Below, piece after piece: positions 42,300 to 54,808 of a stretch of DNA of 64,000 nucleotides (positions are counted from its first letter, which is position 1; every line of letters begins with the position of its first letter). The notes under the pieces were generated by a model. It saw nothing but the letters and a program-made list of their open reading frames with translations, was not told the DNA's origin and made no database searches. A program made the position numbers and the translations under genes. Where the stretch lies: contig CP075492.1 of assembly GCA_021613535.1 (NCBI GenBank), positions 9,982,001 to 10,046,000 on the forward strand, in the 5' to 3' direction. This DNA is from Adineta vaga. Taxonomy: Eukaryota > Animalia > Rotifera.

Positions 42300-42481
42300 G
42301 TCTGCTTTTTTTATCATTAGTATTGCCGTTGTATGTCTTTTGTCAGATCAATATATTTTTCATTATTCTAGTTTCAAATCTCATATATAATAAAAGAAAT
42401 ATTTTTATGTTGTATGCTCATTAATTCAATAAATCATTTCAATTGTACACGTAGTTTATTTTGCTTTTTTTCCCTTCCAGA

Positions 42482-43925
42482 ATGGTATTCTTAAAAATTT
42501 CTTCTCGTTATCTTTCATTTTCTCAACAAATACGATGTTTACATCGTTCAACATTCCTTTTGGCACGAGGTATTCGTCGTACAGATATTTCTTCTCCATC
42601 ATCATCACCAATGACAAAGTTAGATAAAAGTTCATCTATGCATGACGATTCCAATGATATGTCTATACAAGAACAATTTGCACGTCTTGAATTACAACGT
42701 CTCGAACAAGAATCAGGAATATCTAGAGATGAAGCTAGTTCAATTATTGATGAAGATACTCAAAGTCAAGAAGAATTTGATGAACAAGATTCTAAACGAG
42801 CATCCATTGATCCAAGTACGAGAAGTATTCTTCTCTTTCCTGGTCAAGGGACACAATTTGTAGGAATGGGGTAAGATTTATATTCAATCATTTACATAAC
42901 AATGACGAAAATCTTATCTAGACAGAAAGTAATCAATTATCCGAATGTCAAAGAGATGTTTAGTATTGCAAATCGAATACTTGGCTATGATCTTTATGCA
43001 AAATGTATTAATGGACCTATTGAAGAATTAAATCAAACACTGTACTCTCAACCGGCTATTTATGTTACATCATTAGCTGCTGTACAAAAGTTAAAGGCCG
43101 ATGATCAAAAAGTAGAAAGAAATGAAAGATCAAATGATTTTCATGTAAAATTCTTTTTAGGCTGTAGAAAATTGTGTTGTAACAGCTGGTTTTAGTGTTG
43201 GAGAAATTACTGCATTAGTATTTGCAGGTTGTATGACTTATGAAGATGGTCTTCGATTAATCAAAGCACGTGCTGAAGCAATGCAATCGGCATCAAATGA
43301 AGTTCAGAGTGGCATGATGTCAATTTTTATTGGTCATGAAACGAAGTTAGCATTAGCTATAGAAGCTGCAAGAGAATGGTGCAATAAATATATGAAAATT
43401 GATGTACCTTGCATACAAATAGCCAATCATATGTATGCAGAATGTAAAGTACTTGCTGGACATAAAGAGGTTTCGTTTTGCTTTTTACCTATAATTTCAT
43501 CCTTCTCTTCTTTTCTGATCGTTTAGGCTTTACAATTCATTGCACATAATTATAAAGTTTTTGGTATTCGTCGAATAAAATATTTACCTGTGAGTGGTGC
43601 TTTTCATACACCATTGATGTCATCAGCAAAACTAAAGTTAATTAAAGTTTTGGATAAAATTGATATACAACCACCATTAATTCGTGTGATGTCAAATGTG
43701 ACGGGAAAACATCATTCAAGTGACGCAGCATCGATTAAACGATCACTTAGTCAACAATTAACTAAAAGTGTACTTTGGGAACAATCGATTCATAAAATGT
43801 ATCAACGAGCGAAACATGAATCGTTTCCAAATACGTATGAATGTGGTCCTGGACGACAGTTAGGTTATTTATTACGCTTGAATAATAACAAAGCGTATCA
43901 ACAGTATAAACACGTGGATGTCTAA
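42482..43925 (+). CDS. MCAT: Mitochondrial malonyl-CoA:ACP transacylase (4 exons)
   Basis: Presequence; LLFPGQGTQFVGMG, T.YSQPAIYV.SLAA, AGFSVGEITA, R.EAMQ, LPVSGAFHTPLM, ECGPG.QL. Confidence 0.94.
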
Positions 43926-44367
43926 GATATTTTGTGTTTTGAAATAAAAATTAGAAAAAAGAAATGTACAAGTTATATGAAATCTGTTTCACATCATTGA
44001 AGACTAAAGAATGTGCAATTATATTGAGAACAAAGAGAAATATGAATGAATTTATTCTGTGATCGTTTATTTTATCGAATAAAAATACTGGTATACTCTT
44101 CTTTGTTCTTCCTTAAGGAAAGGTTTAATTTCATAAAAATAAACAACAAAACATTTGCTTTTTTTGCCTTTTGTCTATTTGATTTTGAATACAAAAAAGA
44201 AGAAAAGAAAACAAAATGAAAACGGTCAATGGAACATTGTCTTATTTTCTCCAACACACATACATTGAAATGAGAAGAGAAAGTATATGCACACACACGC
44301 ACACACACACGCAAATATAAATAACTGGATTAGAAAGGGAAAGAAAAGGCACGAGAAATCTTCAGAT

Positions 44368-45990
44368 CTACGGTGAATCTGATGCTGTTGATGTTGCTGT
44401 TGCTCGCTTATCGTGTGCTTCTTGCCATAATTCACCCATTTTCTGTAGGGCAACACATCGACGTCGTCGAGTTTCGCGATTACATGTTGCATCGTTGAGT
44501 ACACGATCACAAACATCTCGTTCGATACTTTCAATTTCAAGTTTTGTTGCGCGCCAAAGTGCTTCCATTGATTTAGCTGCTGTATCTGCTTCGAGTTTAC
44601 GCTTTTCCTCTTCAGTCAATGGAACAGGTGGTTGTGCAGACGAAGCTTTACCATGACGATGATGTTTCACTGTCGAAGATGAAGGTGAAGTCGATGCCGA
44701 TGTTGTCGAATTCGTATTCGGTTGTTGTGTTGATGCAGATGCAGATGCAGATGCAGACGTTGATGCAGAAGCTGAAGCTGAAGCAGTCGGTTCCGGAGGA
44801 ACAAAACCTTCATATTCTAAATGACCTGAATGATGTGTAAATGGATATTGAGAGTTTTGTCCATCTTCATGTGCTGCTGCTTCTTCATCAGCAATTTGTG
44901 CTAATTTAGACATTGATTGTCCCCATTCAACAGCACATTTCACTGTTTTAACTGTTTCCTTAACGACATGTACACGTTCCTTCCATGAGGATTGTACATG
45001 TTTACCAAAACCTAATACACGTTTACCAATATGACCTTCTTGTGAATCTAATTTATTTAACCATAATTTAGCTTTGGATGTATAGATATATCCAATAGCA
45101 TGTAATAAATGTTCACCATAGGGCGCACTTAATAAATTTGGAATGTCCAAACGAGTCACTTCTGTAAAAGTATTTAAAGTCTCTTTTTGTTGTTGTTCAC
45201 TACAGTTTGATGGTAGTGATTCGGTAAAAATAGATAATTTATAAGATAAATTTTGTGCTAATTGAGTAACACGTGCTTCACGTGCCTGAGAACGTTCGTC
45301 AGCGTAAGCAAGACGTTTACGCATTTTTTCTTCTTTTTGTTCACGTGTTTCTTCTACACTTTTATTTTCAGCATCTTTAATAACTTCACTAATTGCATGT
45401 TTAAACGATTTAGCTAATTCAAAATCACCAATAATCTTTGTAAATTGTTCACCACCAAACATTAATCGAAAGAATTCTTCAGCATCAAAATCTTCTAAAT
45501 TAATTCCATCCGAACCATTAGCAACAAGACGATCATCTTTACCATATCTAAATACAAGAAAAAAAATAGAGACAAATTTAATCTTCAAACTTTCTTTCTT
45601 CTATGTACCTATTGTAAAGTTTTCTTTTTTCTGGATCACTGAGTATACCTATAAGTAAACAAAAGATAATCGATGCTGTCTTCAATAAATAAAAGTTATC
45701 ATCTTACTATAAGCCTGAGAAATAAGTTTAAATCTTTCTGCATATTCTCGTCGAGTGAAATCATTGAGATTCTGTGTTCGATCGGGATGATATTGTAACG
45801 AAAGTGAATAATAAGCTTTCTTAATTTCCGATGCAGTTGCCGTTGGTGAAACATTAAGAATATTGTAATAAGTTCTATCTAATGGTGCTTCGTCTGTACC
45901 ATTTTTCCCGAGAAATCCAGAACGTATACCACCGCCACTACTAGAGGATTTCTTTTTATCATCATTATCACCGGATGATGCAGAAGCCAT
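44368..45990 (-). CDS. DnaJ-domain protein with DnaJ-X region (Caj1/Djp1-like; 3 exons)
   Basis: J domain YYNIL.VS..A...EIKKAY...YHPD..FKLISQAY.ILSDP.KR..Y.RYG; then DAEEFF.LMFGGEQF..IIG, G..LLHAIGYIY, EIES..R.VCD.VL.D, R..AL..MG. Confidence 0.8.
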
Positions 45991-46098
45991 TATCGAAAAA
46001 TAAAACCTAAAGTATAATTTATCTAGAAAAATAAAAAGTTATGTGCAAAAATATCATTCAATTCAATTCATGGGAAATAGAAGAAAAACATTCTTTAA

Positions 46099-46821
46099 TT
46101 ATGCATGGATTGTATTAACAGTGGATTTATCAGCATCGATTTTTTCGTTATAATGAATTAGTTGTCGAAGAAAAGCAGCGTTTGGTTGAATGATATGACG
46201 ACGTGAACGAAGATGCGTAAGTGCCTGTTCAATAGACATGGAATGATATTTTATCAAATATGCACAACATAATGTTGACGAACGAGATACACCACAAGCA
46301 CAATGGACAAGTACACGACCATCACATTGTCGTGCATCTTCAATAAATTGACAAGCTTGTTCGAAATATAACGACATATCAAATGTTGTACAATCATCAG
46401 CTTTTATGAAAAGATGTCTGATATTTGAAGAAATATACGCTGATCTTGGTTGAATCCAAACAACTGACAAAATATGAGTAATATTTAAACGAGTGAGATA
46501 ATCCTAATTATATAGTAAATATATTCAGTATTAATAGAGAATAACAAAAATAAAACTTACTTTATCATTCAATGATTTCAATCCACCTAAATAAAGAAAT
46601 TTTCTGAAAACAAGCGTAGGTTCTGGAGGTATGATATGTCGTGGAAATCGACTACTTAATAGATGAGTACGAATATGATTAATACGTTCTTCAATCGGAT
46701 CAATCAGATTCTCATGTGTTGTTGTTGTTGTTTTTGTTTTAGATGTGACGTTTTTCGGTTTATAGGATGTAGCAATATGAGTCTTCGATGTTCGTAAAGG
46801 TCGATGCAATGCCGTCGCCAT
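46099..46821 (-). CDS. Atypical dual-specificity protein phosphatase (2 exons)
   Basis: PT.V..FLYLG, general-acid DD, FIEDA...GRVLVHCACGVSRSST, AYLI, IIQPNAAFLRQL. Confidence 0.9.
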
Positions 46822-47138
46822 ATAAATATATATATATATAAATGATTAAATGAATAAGAAAAAAAGATTTTTCTTTTCGTTGATCAATCAATTCATACAT
46901 TCATTTCGTAATGGTCGATGAGTCAAGGTCGACATTTTCATTGACTCATTAGAGACATCTCTCAATGGTAGATTTTAGATTCGATCCCAATATTTTTCTT
47001 TGATAGATGTCTGTATTAGTCACGTTTTCTTCTTCGAACTAAAAAGATTTAATTTTATTTATTTTTTTTCTGTAAAAAGAAAACTAAGAAATACAATAAC
47101 AACAACGAACGAAAAACAAACTGTTTTTAAACACTGTC

Positions 47139-50100
47139 CTATCGACGTTGTATAGTAGGCATATTATGAAATGTTGATATCGAATGTTCATCAGGAAATG
47201 TACAAGTTACTTGAGATTGTTTTTTCGCTTCGAAACGATGATCTGGTGAGAGATATATTTCATCAATTTCATCATCTCGTCGATTGAGATTTTTCAATTG
47301 TGATACATTAGTTGTTAAAGATTTTAATTGTTGATAAACAAAGCGAAGATCACTTGTTTGTTCATAATTAAAATTATATCGATAACCGGATCGTTTAGCT
47401 GGAATTGGAGGTTGTTTCATTATTGGATGATCATATAATAAAATAGATGAATGTTGATCACTGTTTCGTTGTTTTTCATCCGATGAATTTCCAGTCAAAA
47501 CAACAGCTGCAGCTGTTGTTGAAGATATTAAACCTTCACCATTTGTTGCCACTAATAATGCATGTTTACGAAGAAATTTCAAATATTCATTGTGTATTAA
47601 TGTATAACAAAGATGCCATTTAAATCGAACGGAATGAACTCGTGTATGCACAATAGTATCGTACACTAATTTATTATTTTTAGATTGATGATTTAGTCGA
47701 CGTTTACGTTCAATATCATGCCAAATTATATCACAAAATGTTACTAAAAATAGAATTTGAATCGAGATCGTAATTCATCAAATTTCTTTGTGAAAAGTAA
47801 AAACAAAATAACACTCGTAATATTCTTACCCAATAACGGATGTCCATGAATGATTTCCATATGAATAAATGTAACATACGTTGCATAACCTTGATCTAAT
47901 CTTTCTAAATTTCTTCCCATAAATGAATAATCTAATCTTCCCATGAATAAAAATGAAGCTAAAACAGATTTGGATACACGAATAAAACATGATAAAATGC
48001 CCAGAAAACAATCAAAGAAAAAATTGAAATAATTAAATATAAAATAAATTCGTCGATTATTTAATGATGGTGTTCGACCAAAATTTTGTAAGAAGACAAA
48101 TTCCGATAATAATGATATAAGAATATGTTTCAATATATAAATTAATACAATTGGTAAACACAATGCTAACATATTTTGAAACCATCTAGTATCATATCGA
48201 ATCCAAAGACGAAGAATTAAACAAATAACAAATGAAATTTTATAGAATATAATAAATCCCCATGCTGTATAGCCACATAAATAACCAGAAAAATGTAAAC
48301 ATTTCGACATTAATTCATTATTCGAAAAATTATGACGAGGTGGAATATCGAGATATTTTCCAGCATAAGCAGATATTAAATGTTGTTGAATTTTAATTAA
48401 ACCATTGAATATTTGTGTACAGTAAATAAGAACAGAAAGAATTGAACAAAGAAAAAGATCATTAACAAATGTTGTACCCCAATCAATATTCCAATTGAAT
48501 TGATGAAGAACTAATAGATGTATACGATCTAGTTGACTTTGAACTGAATGTATACCGTAGAATGTTAATAAACATGTTAGATTATAAATTACTATGAGTA
48601 CAACAGTATAAGTACATAGAATTTGATTGGAAAATGTAAAATAACGATGCCAACGATAGATTCTAGCAAATGGACGAGTCAAAACATTGTTGTAATACAT
48701 ATCCGACGATGTTTTACTTTTGAATAAACCTTGTGTATAATAAAATTCTGGTTTAGTTTGGTAATCGGGTACTAATGAGTCAATGGAAAGTGTAGATGAA
48801 ACTAATGATATTTGATGAACTTTTTCATTTATTGTATGATTTTTTATTATTGTTGATTGTTGGCAACATCGACATTTGAGTTGTTGCATTAATAAATAAA
48901 AGAATTTAACAAATACAAAAGATATCAAAGTAAAATGTGGTAAATTTCGAATTATAAGATAGTTGATATCGGCTTGAGATAATTCATCTGTTGATTTTTG
49001 TAAAAGTAATGTTCGACCAAAACGAAATAAGGAAAAACGAGAACAATAACTTGCATAAACTAATGAATAAGTACCATCAATAAATGTATAGATCAAGCCA
49101 AGTGTGTAAGATATTGGATGTGCAATATTTACACTATAAAAAAATCGAAAATAACAATAATGATTTGTAATTTTTCAATGTATCTATAAGAAAAACTTTA
49201 CCTGACTAATAATGGGAAATATCTCATTCCAACGAGTAATACAATTCCAATTCGTTTTAATAATTCAATAATAATTCCTTCATTATCAACTCTATAATTC
49301 GTATTTAATCGAACTAATAATTCTTCTAAGATTTTCAAGACTTCATTTGCAGATATACCAAAAATAGCTGCAATAACATGACGTTGCCGTTTATCGAATA
49401 AATTAAATGGCATTGGTAATGATGGTTTTCCATTACAAAAATTTAAACAAACTGTATCCCGTTTTCTTAAGCATGAACATATCAATGTAACAAGAATAGC
49501 TAATGGTAATGAAACAAAATTTTGCCAAACATAATTATCAAATTGTCGACATTGATGAAGACGATGAATTGTTGAATTGAGTTTTTGTATTAATGTTATA
49601 TTTATACTTTGATTCGAAATCGATGGAAGTGAAAGACGATATTGAATAAATGGGATTGTTATTAAGCAAAATGTTGCAATTAGAAAAGTACTGAAGAGAA
49701 GAATAAATGTTGATGAATTGCAAAGATTTGTATAGGATAGATTAGAAAGTAATTTGAATAGGCTATCAAAACTTTTTTCTTGTTTAATTGAATGATGAAT
49801 TTGATGTTTACCAAAACCAAAACCACTAAAATCAAATAAAACAATTTCAATGATTACTCGATTTTATCTTTTTATAGTATCACAAGAAATTTTTTTTTAT
49901 CATTCGTTATTCTATTCCAATCATTGTCTATGCCATTCAGAAATTACAAATCAACTCATCTCATTGCATCATAACACAAAAGAAAACAAACTTGATTGTT
50001 TTATTACATCATCTTTCATTCGAATGAAACCATCAATATTTAAATAAACTTGTTCGTCATTCTTACCTGTTATCTAAACAATGAAGTTTACCATAGATTG

Positions 50101-51764
50101 TTGAAGAACGATCTAATTTCTTTTTCAATATTCTATAGATTGATCGAAGTAGAATTGGTGTTAAACATGCAAGAATAACAAATATTGCTGCCATGATTAC
50201 TTGACTACCTTCTTGACTAACTACAAAAAAGATTGATTAAGAAAATTAAAAAAAACTTTTTTTTCTTACTTGATCGACATCGATCTCCTCCATAAAGAAA
50301 ATAACATTCGCAACGAAATTGTCCATCATCTGTATTTACACATCGACCATGTTTACCACAGATATCATTCAATGAACTACAGCGATCAACAACTGCAAAG
50401 AAAGAACGACAAACCTTCTATAGATTAAAACAATGAATTGATGAAAACAACAATCAAACCTTTTTCACAAATAAAATTCAATTTTCGATCGCATACATCA
50501 ACATTCATGCATAATCGTCCACGACGAGCACGATCAAGAATACCGCATGAACGATGACGAGGTTCAATTGGTAATCGATCTTCACAGAGATCGGCTTCAC
50601 TATAATATGTATAGTCTGATAAAGCTCGACCATTAATCCAAGACCACGATTCTAAGAAATATAAATTTTCATTTCGAAAATACAAATAGATTCTCTCTTT
50701 TTTTTTACCATTGAAATAATGAAATCCGACATAGAAATCATCTCGTACATCAGTTAGATTTCTTGCAATATAATCAAATTCATTATCACTATCAATAACA
50801 ACAAGATCTGCACGAAATCTTGCACATTCTTGACGTGCTTCAGTCCATGAACGTTTAATTGGAAATTTCCAATAACAAGATGCAGCAAAATATTGCCATG
50901 CTATTGGACATTGAGCTAGGAAAAGAATAGATACGATAATTAATACTGTCCATTAAAGAGAACAGTTACAATTGCTAATTGATTAGTTGACACCCTTCAT
51001 GATTCCCTTATGAAATCTTTCATAACTATACATTTTAAATGAATCGTTTCGAATTTCAAGACATAACAAACATGATCGGATTGGATCTGTCATTGTCTCT
51101 GATTGTTACTCGTTTAAAACGAATAAAAAATAAAACTAAAATGTACTTGAAGGATAATATTCATTTATCACATGTGAATCTGTATAACAATAATAGTCTT
51201 CGTACTCAATCAAGGTATATGAAAGCGTGTCTGATGATTTCTTTCGTATGTATAATTGTTCAGACAAGTGTCTATATAGGTATATATATATATGTAATAT
51301 GTTACATTGAACCTCTTAATGTATATATACTAGACATAAAATATTTTGACCATCATCTTATCGTTGTATGAACGATAATTGACTTTGAAAATGCATTGTC
51401 GCGGGTCGGAGGACATACAGTGTTTGTCGCGTGTATATCTCAAGATCGACTATCTTTGTCTTTCATATTTTCAATACATATATATAAACGTTTATATACA
51501 ATGAGACGATACTTTTAGATTAATGATTGAGATGAAAGAGAAATCTAACTGAAGACACACAACATGAAACATTATTTATAGTTGATTATTGACTTAAAAG
51601 ATTTCTTTCGATTGACACTTACATTTTTCTTGAATTTTTTCAGTGATTTTTTCTTTGGCTTTTGTTTTCAATTTTCGAAATCGATTCTTCCAATTATCCG
51701 AAGATGTATTCGAAGAAATCATTGTTATTAATACCAAAAGAAGTAAAATCGATCGTATCAACAT
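47139..51764 (-). CDS. C-type lectin/EGF - STRA6-family (RBP receptor-like) fusion protein; exons 51764-51623, 50915-50709, 50651-50460, 50392-50270, 50220-50067, 49825-49202, 49133-47830, 47743-47139
   Basis: Signal peptide; CTLD CP.AW....SCY...WTEAR..C....LVVIDS.NE...W.W.NG...C.....FICEK; EGF C.....ICG.HG.C.N...F.C.C...Y.G.RC; TM helices; STRA6 motifs GKPSLPMPF, LNNRR, RLDYS..GR.LE.LD.GY.TY, HP.L.TFC, W.L.YTL.HN..L...RK. All junctions are GT-AG and in phase. Confidence 0.8.
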
Positions 51765-52520
51765 TTTTTGACGTTGTTAGATAAAATCGGATATCTAAAA
51801 AGGTCAAGATTGGAAACAACTGAAAATAAGAGAAAGGGCATGCATCATGTATTGATAAGAAAGTGACGACATCATATGACAGCATAAGAAAATACAATGA
51901 AGTGAATCTAAAGATGACTTAGGAGAAAAGAGATTCACCTACCTTACAACCAAGTGTCTCGTCGAATAATGATGAGCTCATAATCATAATCGTAATTTAT
52001 GACGCGCTCGATATGTCCCTTGTCTTTCCTCTTCTCTCCTTTTCTGTCTGTCTCGCATCTGGTTTCAGTTTTGTGATATCACCTATTTCTTTTTTTTCTC
52101 CCTCTTTTCCCTTTGTATATTCGATGGTCTACACATATCCGATTAATTAGAAAAAGTTCACTCTGTATGTGTGTATATATCTATATGCATCCACTTACAT
52201 AAAACAATTCGACTACTGCATATGGATATATTCAGGTGAGAAAAAGACCTTTTAGCAAGTACCAAAAATAAATGGTTCACTCATGATTTATACGCTTAAT
52301 TCGAGCTATTTGGTCAAGGTAAAAAAAATGAAGAGAAAAAAGACGGAAATTCTACTCACTATTTTCAATAAAGATATCTAATAAAAAGCATTGTCGAACA
52401 TCGTTATGATGAGATATCTAACACGTTTTGATGGACAGCACAAACAGTGTCTGGTCTGTAGCGGTATCCTCGAGGCTAAATGCACCTTAATTGGCTGTGC
52501 CATCGATCATACAATAGAAA

Positions 52521-52552
52521 AAGAGAGAAACGAGAGAGAGAGAGAGAGAGAG
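52521..52552. repeat. (GA)n microsatellite in long non-coding region
   Basis: Directly visible. Confidence 0.85.
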
Positions 52553-54808
52553 AAAGAAGGAGAAAAGAAGATATTCAATTGGAGAAGAAGAGAAAGAGAA
52601 CAAGTGTGTATGTGTCTTAATGATAATAGAGTTTGACAACGGCATGTTCATTCAAGTAACATTACTGATTGATCAGAAAAGAGGAAAAAAAGCATTTGAT
52701 AGATCATTATGACTTGTCTCCTATGCTTTTAAAAATGAATATCAAATCTTATTCATAACATGAGTAGAGATAACTCATTGTGCATCTACATATGAGCAAA
52801 GAGACCGCTCTCATTAATCTTATTCATCATTTAGTAAGAAAGATTCCAGACTTGGTAATATACATCTAAGCACTTGTTTGGTATTTGCGAGAAGATAAGA
52901 AAGAGAAGCGCTCATCTACCTCCGCACATACACACACTGATTGTGTTCATTGACCATGAATGACGTTAGACACAGGGTCAAATCTTCTATCAAATATCGA
53001 TCAATCGATCAATCCAATTAAATTCTTGTTCATCTTATTTTATGACAATAATAATCTCCTCTTGAAAAACAAGTGTCTCGACAAGACATGTGGTTATAAA
53101 CAATTTCAAGATCATATCTTTCAATCAGATAAAAAATCACTGCAAAAGGCACAAATCTGTTTATTCAAGATTTCTCCTGTGGGTACTTACTTTTCCCTCT
53201 TCTAACAGAAATCAAAGTTAGAAAGAAAGAGAGAAAGAAAAAGAAATGACTTTTCTTTTGAGCTAAGCAACAGGTGGAGAGTCTCTCTTTCGATGTCTCA
53301 ATTATATAAATATTGAACGATAAAGAAGACGAAGAAAAAGAAAAGAAAGATACTTGAACATAGTTGAAACTTTATTGGATTGTAATGAAGCGCATCGAAT
53401 GATCAAGCTGGTGCGTTAACTAAGTTGCACAACTGGATACCTTTGAAGAAGAACTACATATACACCTGCTTATTGATGAACTAGACAAACACTTTCTTTT
53501 ACTTTTATTATCACTGATCTGATTTTCTTCTTCTTCTTCTGCGTGTGAGTGAGAGGTGATGATGAGGCCCTTCGACACAATGCACTATAAGTTAGAGATA
53601 GCATTCCATTGACATTGAATAAAGTACCAGCCCTCTTCTTTTCGACAATTGAGCGCTATTAAGATAGCAGCAAACTATACACATGATGAGTTGAAGATAA
53701 GACCAATTGGACATATCACTTTATTTCATGGTCAGAATAAGTGTGACCAACAAATCGTTTTGTCTCTTGTTCTTTACTTTTCCTCCATAATCATATATTG
53801 ATCAGCTCAGTGAATCGTTTCACGTCGTGTACATGCATGGATGTATGTATGTATATATGTTATAGGCAATTAACAACAGGTCAAGAAACAATAAAAATAA
53901 CAACACGGATATTTACATATTAGACTCAAGTAATGATTATCATCAAATATGATTGAACATTGACAATGAAAATTGGATATTTTACTTCATTTTCTTTCTA
54001 TTTCTTCTAACAATCAAGTAGAAGATAATTATTTGTTCATTTAATTTCCATAAATTACATTGGCAAAATGAAAATTTGTAGTACATATTCATGATGAATT
54101 ACATCATAAGAATATGTTTCTATTCATGGTCGGTTTATTCTAAATTGGTTCATTTACTATCATTGAGAAGGAAGAAAAACGAGGAGTAATCATAATTTAA
54201 AAAGTTTTTCTTAAATCGGAAATGAATAAACTTCAAAGAAGTCATTTTTACATTCACTTTTCTTGGTAGCATGGTGCAGATCTTAGTACTATGCTGTTTG
54301 AACAAATCGCTCTCTAATTTTTGCTTTAAAAGAAGATATTTTGACTACTTTTTTACTCTGTATTTGATTACCGTGAACAGGGCGTTCCGTTTGAGAAAAA
54401 AAATAAGAACAATAGGGTGTGAAGCAAAAGAAGAAAAAGAAAACAAGAGCACACACGCACACAAAAACGTACATAAACATGATATGAACAAAAACCAAAC
54501 GACGGATGATAATAATCTGTTTCGTCAGTCTCATTGACGGATCGTGTATGGCTATTGTTTCTTTCTCGTAAAAACAATATGTTCTTCATCTTTTGGTTGC
54601 AAACTATGCAATTATTGAGCGAGTTAAATAAGAAAAAAACAAAACAAAAACAAATAAAGAGAAATTAATCAGAGAAGACTAGATAATGAATATTTTGTTT
54701 GAATCGTTTCTTTTTTTTTTGATATCTATAATCTAAAAATATGACAATGAGAATATGTGGATGAAGAAATATGGTGTTTGAAACTTGCAATATTAATATG
54801 GAACTTAA

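Noticed and set aside
50970-51025. Possible internal coding exon of the lectin-STRA6 gene
   Set aside because: Stops in all three frames; cannot be an internal coding exon.
51900-54800. Short ORFs and possible RNA genes in the long non-coding stretch
   Set aside because: ORFs are low-complexity or microsatellite-derived; no tRNA cloverleaf or TIR pair recognised; probably MAP7 3' UTR plus upstream regulatory DNA.
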